The notes under the pieces: model-generated
Told to the model about the DNA's origin: nothing
Databases searched by the model: none
What the model saw: the letters and a program-made list of their open reading frames with translations, nothing else
Program-made: the position numbers and the translations under genes
Virus record (IMG/VR): IMGVR_UViG_3300042350_004528
Coordinates: 62,001 to 126,000 of that record
DNA length: 64,000 nt
Strand: one strand, 5' to 3'
In this document: piece after piece, positions 48,299-56,542 of the stretch
Layout: each line of letters begins with the position of its first letter
Position numbering within the stretch: the first letter of the stretch is position 1

Positions 48299-49005
48299 CA
48301 CCAGAAGAAGAGCTAGAGGCTTTTGAGGCTATTAATCGAGGCCATTCTGGTAATATATTTGATAAAATTAAAATTGATATTAAATCAAAAACACCAAATC
48401 AAAAAAAATTAGTAAACGAAATAAAAGCCAAGGAGATTGTAATATGCTCTGGCTTACCAGGTACTGGTAAAACATTTTTGTCTTGTGCCGTTGCTTTAGA
48501 ATTATTAAAGCACGACCCAAGGTATAAAAAAATTGTTATTGTTAAATCCGTTACTACTTTAAAAGATGAAGAGATTGGGTTTTTGAAAGGAACCATGAAA
48601 GAAAAAATGGAACCGTTTATGTACTCTTTTATGCATAATTTTGAAAAAGTAATCGGTAAGTATAACGTGGAAGCTTTAAGGGCCGCTGGAATGATAGAAG
48701 AGCTCCCAATAGCATACATGAGGGGTATTAATATAGATAATTCAATTACAATCATCGATGAAGCACAAAATATATCAATAGATAACATAAGAACCATAAT
48801 GACACGTCTCGGTGAAAATTCAAAAATGATTTTTCTTGGGGATGAGAACCAAATTGATATGAAGAAAAAGTCTGAAAGTTCATTGAACTTCATCATCAAT
48901 AAGTTTAAAGATTTTGAAGAGGTTGGTACTGTTGTTCTGGGTGAAGACGATGTCGTTAGAAACCCACTAATCAAGAAAATTGAACAGATTTTCAGAGAAA
49001 AGTAA
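48268..49005 (+). CDS. phoH: PhoH-family ATPase
   Basis: GLPGTGKT, YMRG, IIDEAQN, TRLGENSK, GDENQID, VVRNPL. Confidence 0.95.
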   Translation: MGNQRRRKKLTPEEELEAFEAINRGHSGNIFDKIKIDIKSKTPNQKKLVNEIKAKEIVICSGLPGTGKTFLSCAVALELLKHDPRYKKIVIVKSVTTLKDEEIGFLKGTMKEKMEPFMYSFMHNFEKVIGKYNVEALRAAGMIEELPIAYMRGINIDNSITIIDEAQNISIDNIRTIMTRLGENSKMIFLGDENQIDMKKKSESSLNFIINKFKDFEEVGTVVLGEDDVVRNPLIKKIEQIFREK

Positions 49006-49040
49006 TAATAACTGTTTACTTTTTACACTTTAATCATAAG

Positions 49041-49087
49041 TTTGCAGAAATAACGCAAAAATAAACGTTTTGCAAAAATAATGCAAA
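49041..49087 (+). promoter_or_regulatory. Two tandem 19-bp operator-like inverted repeats TTTGCA(G/A)AAATAA(C/T)GCAAA
   Basis: 49041-49059 and 49069-49087, overlapping and following TAAGTTTG (49037-49044) and ending 3 nt before the ATG. Confidence 0.55.
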
Positions 49088-49090
49088 CTT

Positions 49091-49726
49091 ATGATTATTG
49101 GTATTACTATTAACAACATTGTTAGAGACCACATAAGCCAACTTAAAAAGGCTTATACCCTATTAACAGAAGAGGAGGCTATTGAGCCAATTAACCCCTT
49201 TGATTTGGAATCTTCTTTTCCAAATAAAACATCAACAGAATTGATACAGGAGTTTACTGTAACCGAAACTAGTGATGAAATGCCATTAAATGAAGTTAAC
49301 GAAGAATTTAATGTGTATGAGTTTATGTACCACGAAGCCTCATTTGAGATCTTTGGTAGATCTGAGGAATCTATTGATGGTATTGTTCGCAAATTAAAAG
49401 AATACGAAAAAAAATTAAAGGTGAATATTGTTTTAATTAACAAGGAGTCGCCGAGATCAAAGTGTGCTACATTATTCTTTTTATCAAAAAACGGATTTGA
49501 TTTTGATCGAATTTTATTCCCAAAAGATTATAAGAATTTTTGGGATGAAATTGATGTGTTAATAACCGACAACCCAAAGGCACTCAAGAAAAAACCTAAA
49601 AATAAGTATTCAATAAAGGTTAAAAATGATTTTAACATTGACATAAAATCTGATTTTACTATTATTGACTTAAATGATTATAAAACTTTAAAAAGTATAA
49701 TAAAAATGATAAAAGAAAAAGTTTAA
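49091..49726 (+). CDS. NT5C-like HAD-fold protein with a degenerate catalytic motif
   Basis: IIGITINNIVRD in place of IGIDxDxVxRD; DVLITDNP. Confidence 0.55.
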   Translation: MIIGITINNIVRDHISQLKKAYTLLTEEEAIEPINPFDLESSFPNKTSTELIQEFTVTETSDEMPLNEVNEEFNVYEFMYHEASFEIFGRSEESIDGIVRKLKEYEKKLKVNIVLINKESPRSKCATLFFLSKNGFDFDRILFPKDYKNFWDEIDVLITDNPKALKKKPKNKYSIKVKNDFNIDIKSDFTIIDLNDYKTLKSIIKMIKEKV

Positions 49727-49727
49727 A

Positions 49728-50804
49728 ATGGAAAAAATAAACGAGACATTAAAAAACATCGAAAGTGCGATCGAAAAAGTAAAAAACAAAGAAAGTAAAA
49801 TCGTATTTTTATCACCAGACACAAAAGGTACCGCTAGAGCGAGTGTGTCGTACATTTACCGACAAGCCTTAATATTAAAAAATGCGGGCTACACAATTAA
49901 CATTTTACATGAAAAAAATGACTACATCAAAGTTGGTAGTTGGTTGGGTGAGGATTACGACAATTTAGAGCACAAGTCAATCGAAAACAATGATTTGACT
50001 GTCGGGCCTCAGGATATTATTATTGTTCCTGAAATATATGGAAATGTTTTTGAACAAATATTACAACTACCTGTACAAAAAGTTATTCTTGCCCAATCTT
50101 ATGATTATTTGTTAGATAGTTTTTCACCTGGTAAATCCTGGTTAGATTTTGATGTTATGACTTGTTTGACAACATCAAAAACTTTATCCGATACTATAAG
50201 CGAATTAGTACCTTCAAGTAATATTGAATTTGTTAACCCAGGAATCGCTGAATGTTTTTCACCAAGCGAAAAACCGCAAATGCCTGTCATTGCAATTCAT
50301 TGTAGAGATCAAAGAAAAGCGGCAAAAATAATTAAAAGTTTTTATCTAAAATACCCATTATATCGTTTTATTTCTTTTAAAGATATGCACGGAATGACTG
50401 AAAGTGATTTTGCAAAAAATTTAAAAGAATGTGCGTTATCTGTTTGGGTTGACGATGATAGTACATTTGGTACATTTCCTGTTGAATCTATGAAATGCAA
50501 TGTTCCTGTTATCGGTAAAGTGCCTAACATTATTCCAGAGTGGATGAATGATGACAACGGTATTTGGGTTTACGATGAAAATCAAATTGCTGATTTAGCA
50601 TTTAATTATATAAAAAATTGGATGGAAGATAGCTTACCAGAAAACCTATTAAAAGTAAGTGAAACTGTTGATGGTAAGTACACCATGGAATTATTTGAAA
50701 AAGCAACAATTGAGGTCTATGACACAATGTTTAAAAAGTGTCTGGATAGACTTAATAGAATAAAAGAAACCTTTGAAAAAACACTAGAAACTAATGAAAA
50801 CTAA
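49728..50804 (+). CDS. Glycosyltransferase, GT-B-like
   Basis: IIIVPEIYG, VWVDDDSTFGTFPVESMKCNVPVIG. Confidence 0.75.
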   Translation: MEKINETLKNIESAIEKVKNKESKIVFLSPDTKGTARASVSYIYRQALILKNAGYTINILHEKNDYIKVGSWLGEDYDNLEHKSIENNDLTVGPQDIIIVPEIYGNVFEQILQLPVQKVILAQSYDYLLDSFSPGKSWLDFDVMTCLTTSKTLSDTISELVPSSNIEFVNPGIAECFSPSEKPQMPVIAIHCRDQRKAAKIIKSFYLKYPLYRFISFKDMHGMTESDFAKNLKECALSVWVDDDSTFGTFPVESMKCNVPVIGKVPNIIPEWMNDDNGIWVYDENQIADLAFNYIKNWMEDSLPENLLKVSETVDGKYTMELFEKATIEVYDTMFKKCLDRLNRIKETFEKTLETNEN

Positions 50805-51618
50805 TATAGACTTAACAGTTGTTATCCCCGTACACTCAATTGCGGATGAAAAATTTAATGAATTATTGAGCGGTGCGTTAAATAGTATTGAAAATAATAA
50901 TATACACCCATCAAACGTAATGATTGTTAGATGCGGTTGTTCTGAAGTTAAAGAAGTTTTGAAAAAATTTGATTTTTCAAAATATTCTTTTCATGTAACA
51001 TTACTTGAAAATAAAACAGGAAAATCATTTCAAAACCAAATAAACGAAGCTGCAAAAAATATAGAAACAAAATATTTTAGCTTTTTAGAATTTGATGACG
51101 AGTATTCAGTTAATTGGTTTAAAAATGTTAAACAATATACGGAAGCTTACCCTGAAATTGACATGTTTTTACCCATTATAACCGATGTTACAAATGAAAA
51201 TAATTTTGTTGGATTTACTAATGAAGCAGCTTGGGCTTATAATTTTTCTGATACATTAGGCCAGATTGACCATGAGGTTTTAAATGAATTCCCAAACATC
51301 AATCCAGATGGTATGGTTGTTAAAACCGAAGTCTTTAAAAATATCGGCGGTTACAAATCTTCGATTAAACTCACATTTAATTATGAATTTTTACTAAGAT
51401 TTACTAAAGGTGGTAGAAATATTATGGTTATACCTAAAATTGGTTATAAACATGTCAATATGCGACCAGGTTCTTTATTCTGGGAATATAAAAATAGTGA
51501 AATCCCAGAAATGAGAATTACACCAGAAGAAGCTAAGTTTTGGATGGAAGCTGCTAAAAAAGAATTTTTTTATACTGAAGATAGACCAATAACATACGAA
51601 GAAAATGAAACAGCTTAA
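50794..51618 (+). CDS. Glycosyltransferase family 2
   Basis: LTVVIPVH, QINEA, SFLEFDD, YEFLLR. Confidence 0.8.
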   Translation: MKTNIDLTVVIPVHSIADEKFNELLSGALNSIENNNIHPSNVMIVRCGCSEVKEVLKKFDFSKYSFHVTLLENKTGKSFQNQINEAAKNIETKYFSFLEFDDEYSVNWFKNVKQYTEAYPEIDMFLPIITDVTNENNFVGFTNEAAWAYNFSDTLGQIDHEVLNEFPNINPDGMVVKTEVFKNIGGYKSSIKLTFNYEFLLRFTKGGRNIMVIPKIGYKHVNMRPGSLFWEYKNSEIPEMRITPEEAKFWMEAAKKEFFYTEDRPITYEENETA

Positions 51619-51620
51619 AC

Positions 51621-52334
51621 ATGTCAAGAAAGAAAAAAGACCGCAATTATTATGGCGCGGATCAAGAGTCGGCGGTTGTTGCTTTCTTAAACGCTAAGAC
51701 GGTATCGGAGAAAGAAAAAATTTATCGCGAGTTCTTACAAGAACCGATTAATAAAATGATCGAAAGTATTATTAGAACTTACAAACTATATCGACAATCA
51801 TACGAATTTAACGATTTACACGCAGACACTTTGTCTTTTTTAATGACAAAGTTTGACAAATTTAACCCCGAAAAAGGTAATAAATCATTTTCTTATTTTG
51901 GTACTGTTTGTAAAAACTACCTTTACAATGAAATGATGAAGGAATATAAAAAAAGTACTTCATTTACAAATATCGATGATAGTGAACAAGATTTTTTAAG
52001 GAGGGACGATTTACTATATAGAATTGATGAGCAAGAAATTGATTTATCTGATTTTATTGATAAATTATGTAACTCAATAAAGGAAGAGCTTAAAAACGAC
52101 AACTTAAATGAAAATGAATTTAAGGTTGGTCATTCCCTAGTTAAAATATTAGAAGATTGGAAAGAATTATTCGCGCAAAATGATACGGGCAAAAATTCTA
52201 CCAAATTCAACAAAAACTTAATTTTACTCTATATCAGAAACATGACTGGTTTAAATACAAAAGAAATCAGAAACAGTATGAAAAGATATAAAAGTTTATA
52301 CGGCTTATTTAAAGATAGATATTTAGATGAGTGA
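51621..52334 (+). CDS. Phage sigma factor, T4 gp55-like (late transcription)
   Basis: Region-2-like KFDKFNPEKGNKSFSYFGTVCKNYL parallels gp55-type FDPEK..NPFAYFT; no recognisable region-4 HTH. Confidence 0.7.
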   Translation: MSRKKKDRNYYGADQESAVVAFLNAKTVSEKEKIYREFLQEPINKMIESIIRTYKLYRQSYEFNDLHADTLSFLMTKFDKFNPEKGNKSFSYFGTVCKNYLYNEMMKEYKKSTSFTNIDDSEQDFLRRDDLLYRIDEQEIDLSDFIDKLCNSIKEELKNDNLNENEFKVGHSLVKILEDWKELFAQNDTGKNSTKFNKNLILLYIRNMTGLNTKEIRNSMKRYKSLYGLFKDRYLDE

Positions 52335-52357
52335 TATTTATAGTTAAAACAAATACT

Positions 52358-52738
52358 ATGATTAACAATCAAAGAAAGAAAAAAATTGATGTTTCTGAAG
52401 AAAGCATGAAAGAACTCATGCAAGAAACATATAATGAAATCGTTGATGAAAGAAATAAAGCCTTAACTGCTTATAAAAAATTCAGTAAAGACATTAATGA
52501 AAATTCAGATATAGCTTTAGTTGGTAAGATTACAAATGATCTTTTAAAAATAATTGATGGAACCATCGAAAAAAAACTAAGGTTGATTAAAATTCAAAGT
52601 GATATTTTGTATAAAAACGGTAAAGGTGGATCCGCCGATAATGGTGCTCCGATGGTTATTACAGAAGAAGATAGAAAATGGGCCGAGGAGTTTTTAAAAA
52701 AACAAAATAACAATGAAAATGAAAAAGAATACGAATAA
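52358..52738 (+). CDS. Hypothetical helical late protein (possible small terminase)
   Basis: GATATTTATA at 52333-52342 puts the start at ATG 52358; small-terminase role is unverified. Confidence 0.5.
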   Translation: MINNQRKKKIDVSEESMKELMQETYNEIVDERNKALTAYKKFSKDINENSDIALVGKITNDLLKIIDGTIEKKLRLIKIQSDILYKNGKGGSADNGAPMVITEEDRKWAEEFLKKQNNNENEKEYE

Positions 52739-54675
52739 TGAGTCAACAAAGTGAAATATTTTCAAGGTATCGATCACTTTTTAACAGTAGTTCAGTTAGA
52801 CCTCTTGAAAGTGAAACTTCAAGAAAGTTAAACAACATGGACTTTGTTGATTTTTTATTTGAATTAGTAAAAGCGACAAAAGGTCAAAAACAATTTAAAA
52901 ACATTATACTAAAAGGTAGTTTATCTAAACTAAAAAAAAGTGATGAATTAAATAAAACTATAAAAAAAGCTTTATTATCTCAGTTTGGTTGTGATGATAC
53001 TTTAATTATTCCAACGAAATACACAACTAAGTCATCGCTTGGAATCGAATTAGATAAAGGAGAAATTGATCCTTTTGGTATGTTTGGTATTGATCCAGAT
53101 AGTCAAGTTGGTAGATTGATGTACGAAGGTAACGACCCCAAAAAACACATTAATTACTTATTATTTAAATCTCAGGGGGTTGGCGCTATAAACCCAGTTG
53201 AGATAAATTATGAGGGCAGAGTTTTGTTTCGAATATACGCAAAAACACCAAACACACTTGTTTTTAAATTTGGGGAGTTTTACGAAAATAAACTTTACGT
53301 TGAGTGGTTAAGTGATTATATAGAGGCTATGCAACCAATATTTAACACAGTTAATTTTACAACAATATTAACTGATATTATTACTGGAGCAATTTCTTTA
53401 AAGGCCAATAAAAACAAAATAGAAATCAGAAAACAGAGTGGTGTTATCAAAGCTCTGCAAAAAATATTTGGTTTTTGTTCAGAATCCGATGATAATGCTG
53501 GTGCACCAAACCAACCAACTAATAATATATTAAAAGACCCATTATTACAAAATTCAAATTTTAATGGTGAAAATATTATTGGGAATCAAAGTGGCTTGGG
53601 TGACTTTAACAACGCAAACCAACCAAGTGATGACCCTTTTGATTTTGATTTTAATGATTTGGATGATATTGAGCGAGATGCTGATTTAAAGTCTAGGGGT
53701 GTTATTCGGTTTTCTACCTGTGGTGATTTAGATTTGGATATAAATCCAGATGATATTGTAAGTGGTTTAGAATTATTATTTGCTAACGCCGATCAAAATA
53801 ATGTTTACAGTTATGATGGTACAGTAAATAATGAACTCCCAGAAACCGCCACAACCAATCCGTTGTATGATAATTCACAAATCCTACCAAATTCGGACAA
53901 AGCTGCGGATTTTTTTGACAATGCGTTAAAAAATGGTGCAAATAACGCAATAAATCAGGGTGAGACAAATATTATTATTGATTTACCTACAATGAACGCT
54001 GAATTACAGTTAAACATTTTAAAAGCGATACCATATGCGTTAATGCAAATGGTTTTAAGCCCAAAGGTTGTCCTAGTACCCAAACTATTTACGGTATTGA
54101 GTGGCGACACAGGAAAAAAATCGCCAAATGATTTTATAAAAAGTATGATGCCATCTATTTCAAAAATAGGTGAGAACATAACAAGTATGTTAATACAAAA
54201 TATATTTGACGCAATAAAATCGGATCTAACTAGATTAGCTGGAGAATTGGCGATCGCATATCTGAAACAGCGTGGCATGGATTATTTGGCAACCTTAAGA
54301 TCATTATTAAGTTTACTTGGTTTATTTAGTGGTGGTGGCGGGGGCTGTGGGGGTGTTTTAGATAAGTTATTAAAACTATTAAAACTATCAAATTTTGGCC
54401 CGATGCCAATGTTACCACCACCATTAGTACTTATTGCTGGTGCTATAAAACCTGGAATGAACAGCGTGTCAATGATAAACGACATCAAATCTAGTTTAAC
54501 CGAAAAAGGTATAGAAACCGCACCAACATTACCTGATGGCACACCAAACAATATGATGATCGCAATAGAAGAAACTGTTAAAACAATGGTTACACACATT
54601 AAAACAAATTCGACCATACAAACTTTTGGTATATCTGCGGTTGGCCCAGTTCAGGGGTATGGTCAAATTCAATAG
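52738..54675 (+). CDS. Hypothetical structural protein
   Basis: 645-aa ORF in the late baseplate operon. Confidence 0.65.
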   Translation: MSQQSEIFSRYRSLFNSSSVRPLESETSRKLNNMDFVDFLFELVKATKGQKQFKNIILKGSLSKLKKSDELNKTIKKALLSQFGCDDTLIIPTKYTTKSSLGIELDKGEIDPFGMFGIDPDSQVGRLMYEGNDPKKHINYLLFKSQGVGAINPVEINYEGRVLFRIYAKTPNTLVFKFGEFYENKLYVEWLSDYIEAMQPIFNTVNFTTILTDIITGAISLKANKNKIEIRKQSGVIKALQKIFGFCSESDDNAGAPNQPTNNILKDPLLQNSNFNGENIIGNQSGLGDFNNANQPSDDPFDFDFNDLDDIERDADLKSRGVIRFSTCGDLDLDINPDDIVSGLELLFANADQNNVYSYDGTVNNELPETATTNPLYDNSQILPNSDKAADFFDNALKNGANNAINQGETNIIIDLPTMNAELQLNILKAIPYALMQMVLSPKVVLVPKLFTVLSGDTGKKSPNDFIKSMMPSISKIGENITSMLIQNIFDAIKSDLTRLAGELAIAYLKQRGMDYLATLRSLLSLLGLFSGGGGGCGGVLDKLLKLLKLSNFGPMPMLPPPLVLIAGAIKPGMNSVSMINDIKSSLTEKGIETAPTLPDGTPNNMMIAIEETVKTMVTHIKTNSTIQTFGISAVGPVQGYGQIQ

Positions 54676-54685
54676 TCAAGTATTT

Positions 54686-54898
54686 ATGAAAAACGAAAAG
54701 TTACAAGAAATTATAGATAATTGCAAAAACAAACCAAATAAAGATTTGGCAAATGTTTTAGTTACGCTTGAAGTTGATTTTAATAATATTAAATCAACAA
54801 TACTAGAATTAACAGAAACATTAAAAGAACTTGAAATTACATATGATACTGTATACGATGAATTACAAAAGAGATTAAAATTTGAAGATAAAAAATGA
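54686..54898 (+). CDS. Hypothetical coiled-coil protein
   Basis: Start moved to ATG 54686 (MKNEKLQEII...). Confidence 0.6.
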   Translation: MKNEKLQEIIDNCKNKPNKDLANVLVTLEVDFNNIKSTILELTETLKELEITYDTVYDELQKRLKFEDKK

Positions 54899-56529
54899 AG
54901 GCCGATTATAAAATAGGTGTATGTTTTGACAATGAAGATCCTAAGAATTTAGGTAGGATCAGAGCAATTCCTATTGATATTTTGGGTAAATTTGCGACAT
55001 TAAAAGACATAAAGGATTATATAAAAAGAGAGGATGATAAAGCCATAGCCGCTCTAAAATATAATCCTTGGTATTCGACTAAATATCAAAATTTTAAAGA
55101 AAAAGACAAATATGTTTGCGAACCATTTTTACCAAAAAATATTGGTGTTACGCCAAATACGGGTCAATTAGTCAAAATAATAACATATGAGGATTTAGAT
55201 CAAAAACTTGAATTTATTGGGCCGTATACGATAGATCAAATAACTCTTACTGAAGAATATAGAAATGTCGTAAGTAATTTACAAAAAACTTTACCAATAT
55301 CAGATGTTTTACCCAAAAAGGGTAAAACATTTATATCTGGGTACTCAAACGAACAAATTATTCTGGGTGATAATGAATTTTTAATTAGATTAGATCATAT
55401 AAATGGCGGAGAAAAAACGAGAAAAACCAGTTATCCGTTTATACAATTATCACAATTTTTTAATAGTTACGATGTTAAAGAAAAAACAACAACTATTATA
55501 GAAACACCAGACATTCCAATTGATTTTATTTGTGAGTTATTTTTACAATATTCACCAAAAAAAAATTCGAATGAAAAAAACTTTACAGCTGAGGTTATCT
55601 TATATGATGCTTCAAAGCAAATAAATAGAAGAGGTGAGATAGGTTTAACCAAAGACACCTACTCCCCTGCGACACAATATATAACAAATTCATATACAAA
55701 TTATGTTGTTAAACATTATATAAACTCATCTAATGGGGCTGAATTTATAAAAATTATTGAAGATATAATATCTGGGTATAATTCTGGTGGTTTAATAAAA
55801 TACTACGATGTAAATAACACATCATCAGAACAAAAAACTGAAAATAATAGTGCAACAATAATTGTATATAACAATGTACCAGCTACGCCAAACGCTGGGG
55901 GTGCTTTAGGCGACTCAAATATTGTATCAAACATTAAAAGTTGGTTATTTAGACTAACTCCTGGTACAAAATTAACTAATTACCTTGGCAATCTAACGCA
56001 ACCTAATTTACCCGCTAATAATATTGAAACTATTAGATACAAAGATTATGTTAAATTAGATTCGTTAATATCAAAGTATACCGTTGATAAAAAATATGGT
56101 AACTTGGCGATCAATAATTCAAAAACAACAACCGTCAAAAAACCAGTCGCTGAATCTTTAAACAAACCACAATCGGTACATACAATTTATTCTGACAAAT
56201 TTTTATTTTTAAGTAGTTTAAATTCTTTAAATATTATTGATAATTTAAATTTTGACGGACTACCATCCGATAAAATAGCTGAAATTTTAAGCGGATTAAA
56301 TCAAAATGCGAGAACATATGGGTTTATTAGGGGTGAAAAATTAATGGAATTACTTAATGAGATTTTAGATATGTTTAAAAAACATGGTCATCAAGCTGGT
56401 GTAGACCCAACAGCCTCAATAATTCAATCAACACAAGAAGCTGTTGAAAATATAAAAAAGAAAATAAAGGATGAATTAAAGGAAGGTCAAAATAATGTGA
56501 TAATCAATCATAACTTAAGACTTAATTAA
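54895..56529 (+). CDS. Baseplate central spike (gp5/gpV/VgrG-like)
   Basis: N-terminal OB-fold signature DNEDPKNLGRIRA...PFLP...P..G..V; C-terminal RGEKL...HGH (HxH apex motif). Confidence 0.7.
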   Translation: MKADYKIGVCFDNEDPKNLGRIRAIPIDILGKFATLKDIKDYIKREDDKAIAALKYNPWYSTKYQNFKEKDKYVCEPFLPKNIGVTPNTGQLVKIITYEDLDQKLEFIGPYTIDQITLTEEYRNVVSNLQKTLPISDVLPKKGKTFISGYSNEQIILGDNEFLIRLDHINGGEKTRKTSYPFIQLSQFFNSYDVKEKTTTIIETPDIPIDFICELFLQYSPKKNSNEKNFTAEVILYDASKQINRRGEIGLTKDTYSPATQYITNSYTNYVVKHYINSSNGAEFIKIIEDIISGYNSGGLIKYYDVNNTSSEQKTENNSATIIVYNNVPATPNAGGALGDSNIVSNIKSWLFRLTPGTKLTNYLGNLTQPNLPANNIETIRYKDYVKLDSLISKYTVDKKYGNLAINNSKTTTVKKPVAESLNKPQSVHTIYSDKFLFLSSLNSLNIIDNLNFDGLPSDKIAEILSGLNQNARTYGFIRGEKLMELLNEILDMFKKHGHQAGVDPTASIIQSTQEAVENIKKKIKDELKEGQNNVIINHNLRLN

Positions 56530-56542
56530 AATATTTATATTT

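Noticed and set aside
49041-49087. Repeat pair as a mini-CRISPR
   Set aside because: Only two 19-bp copies with a 9-bp gap, too short for repeat-spacer architecture.
21082-54685. Upstream starts given by the ORF track at 21082, 35702, 43115, 45787, 52331 and 54626
   Set aside because: They overlap promoters, terminators or upstream genes; downstream ATGs (21124, 35729, 43205, 45826, 52358, 54686) fit better.
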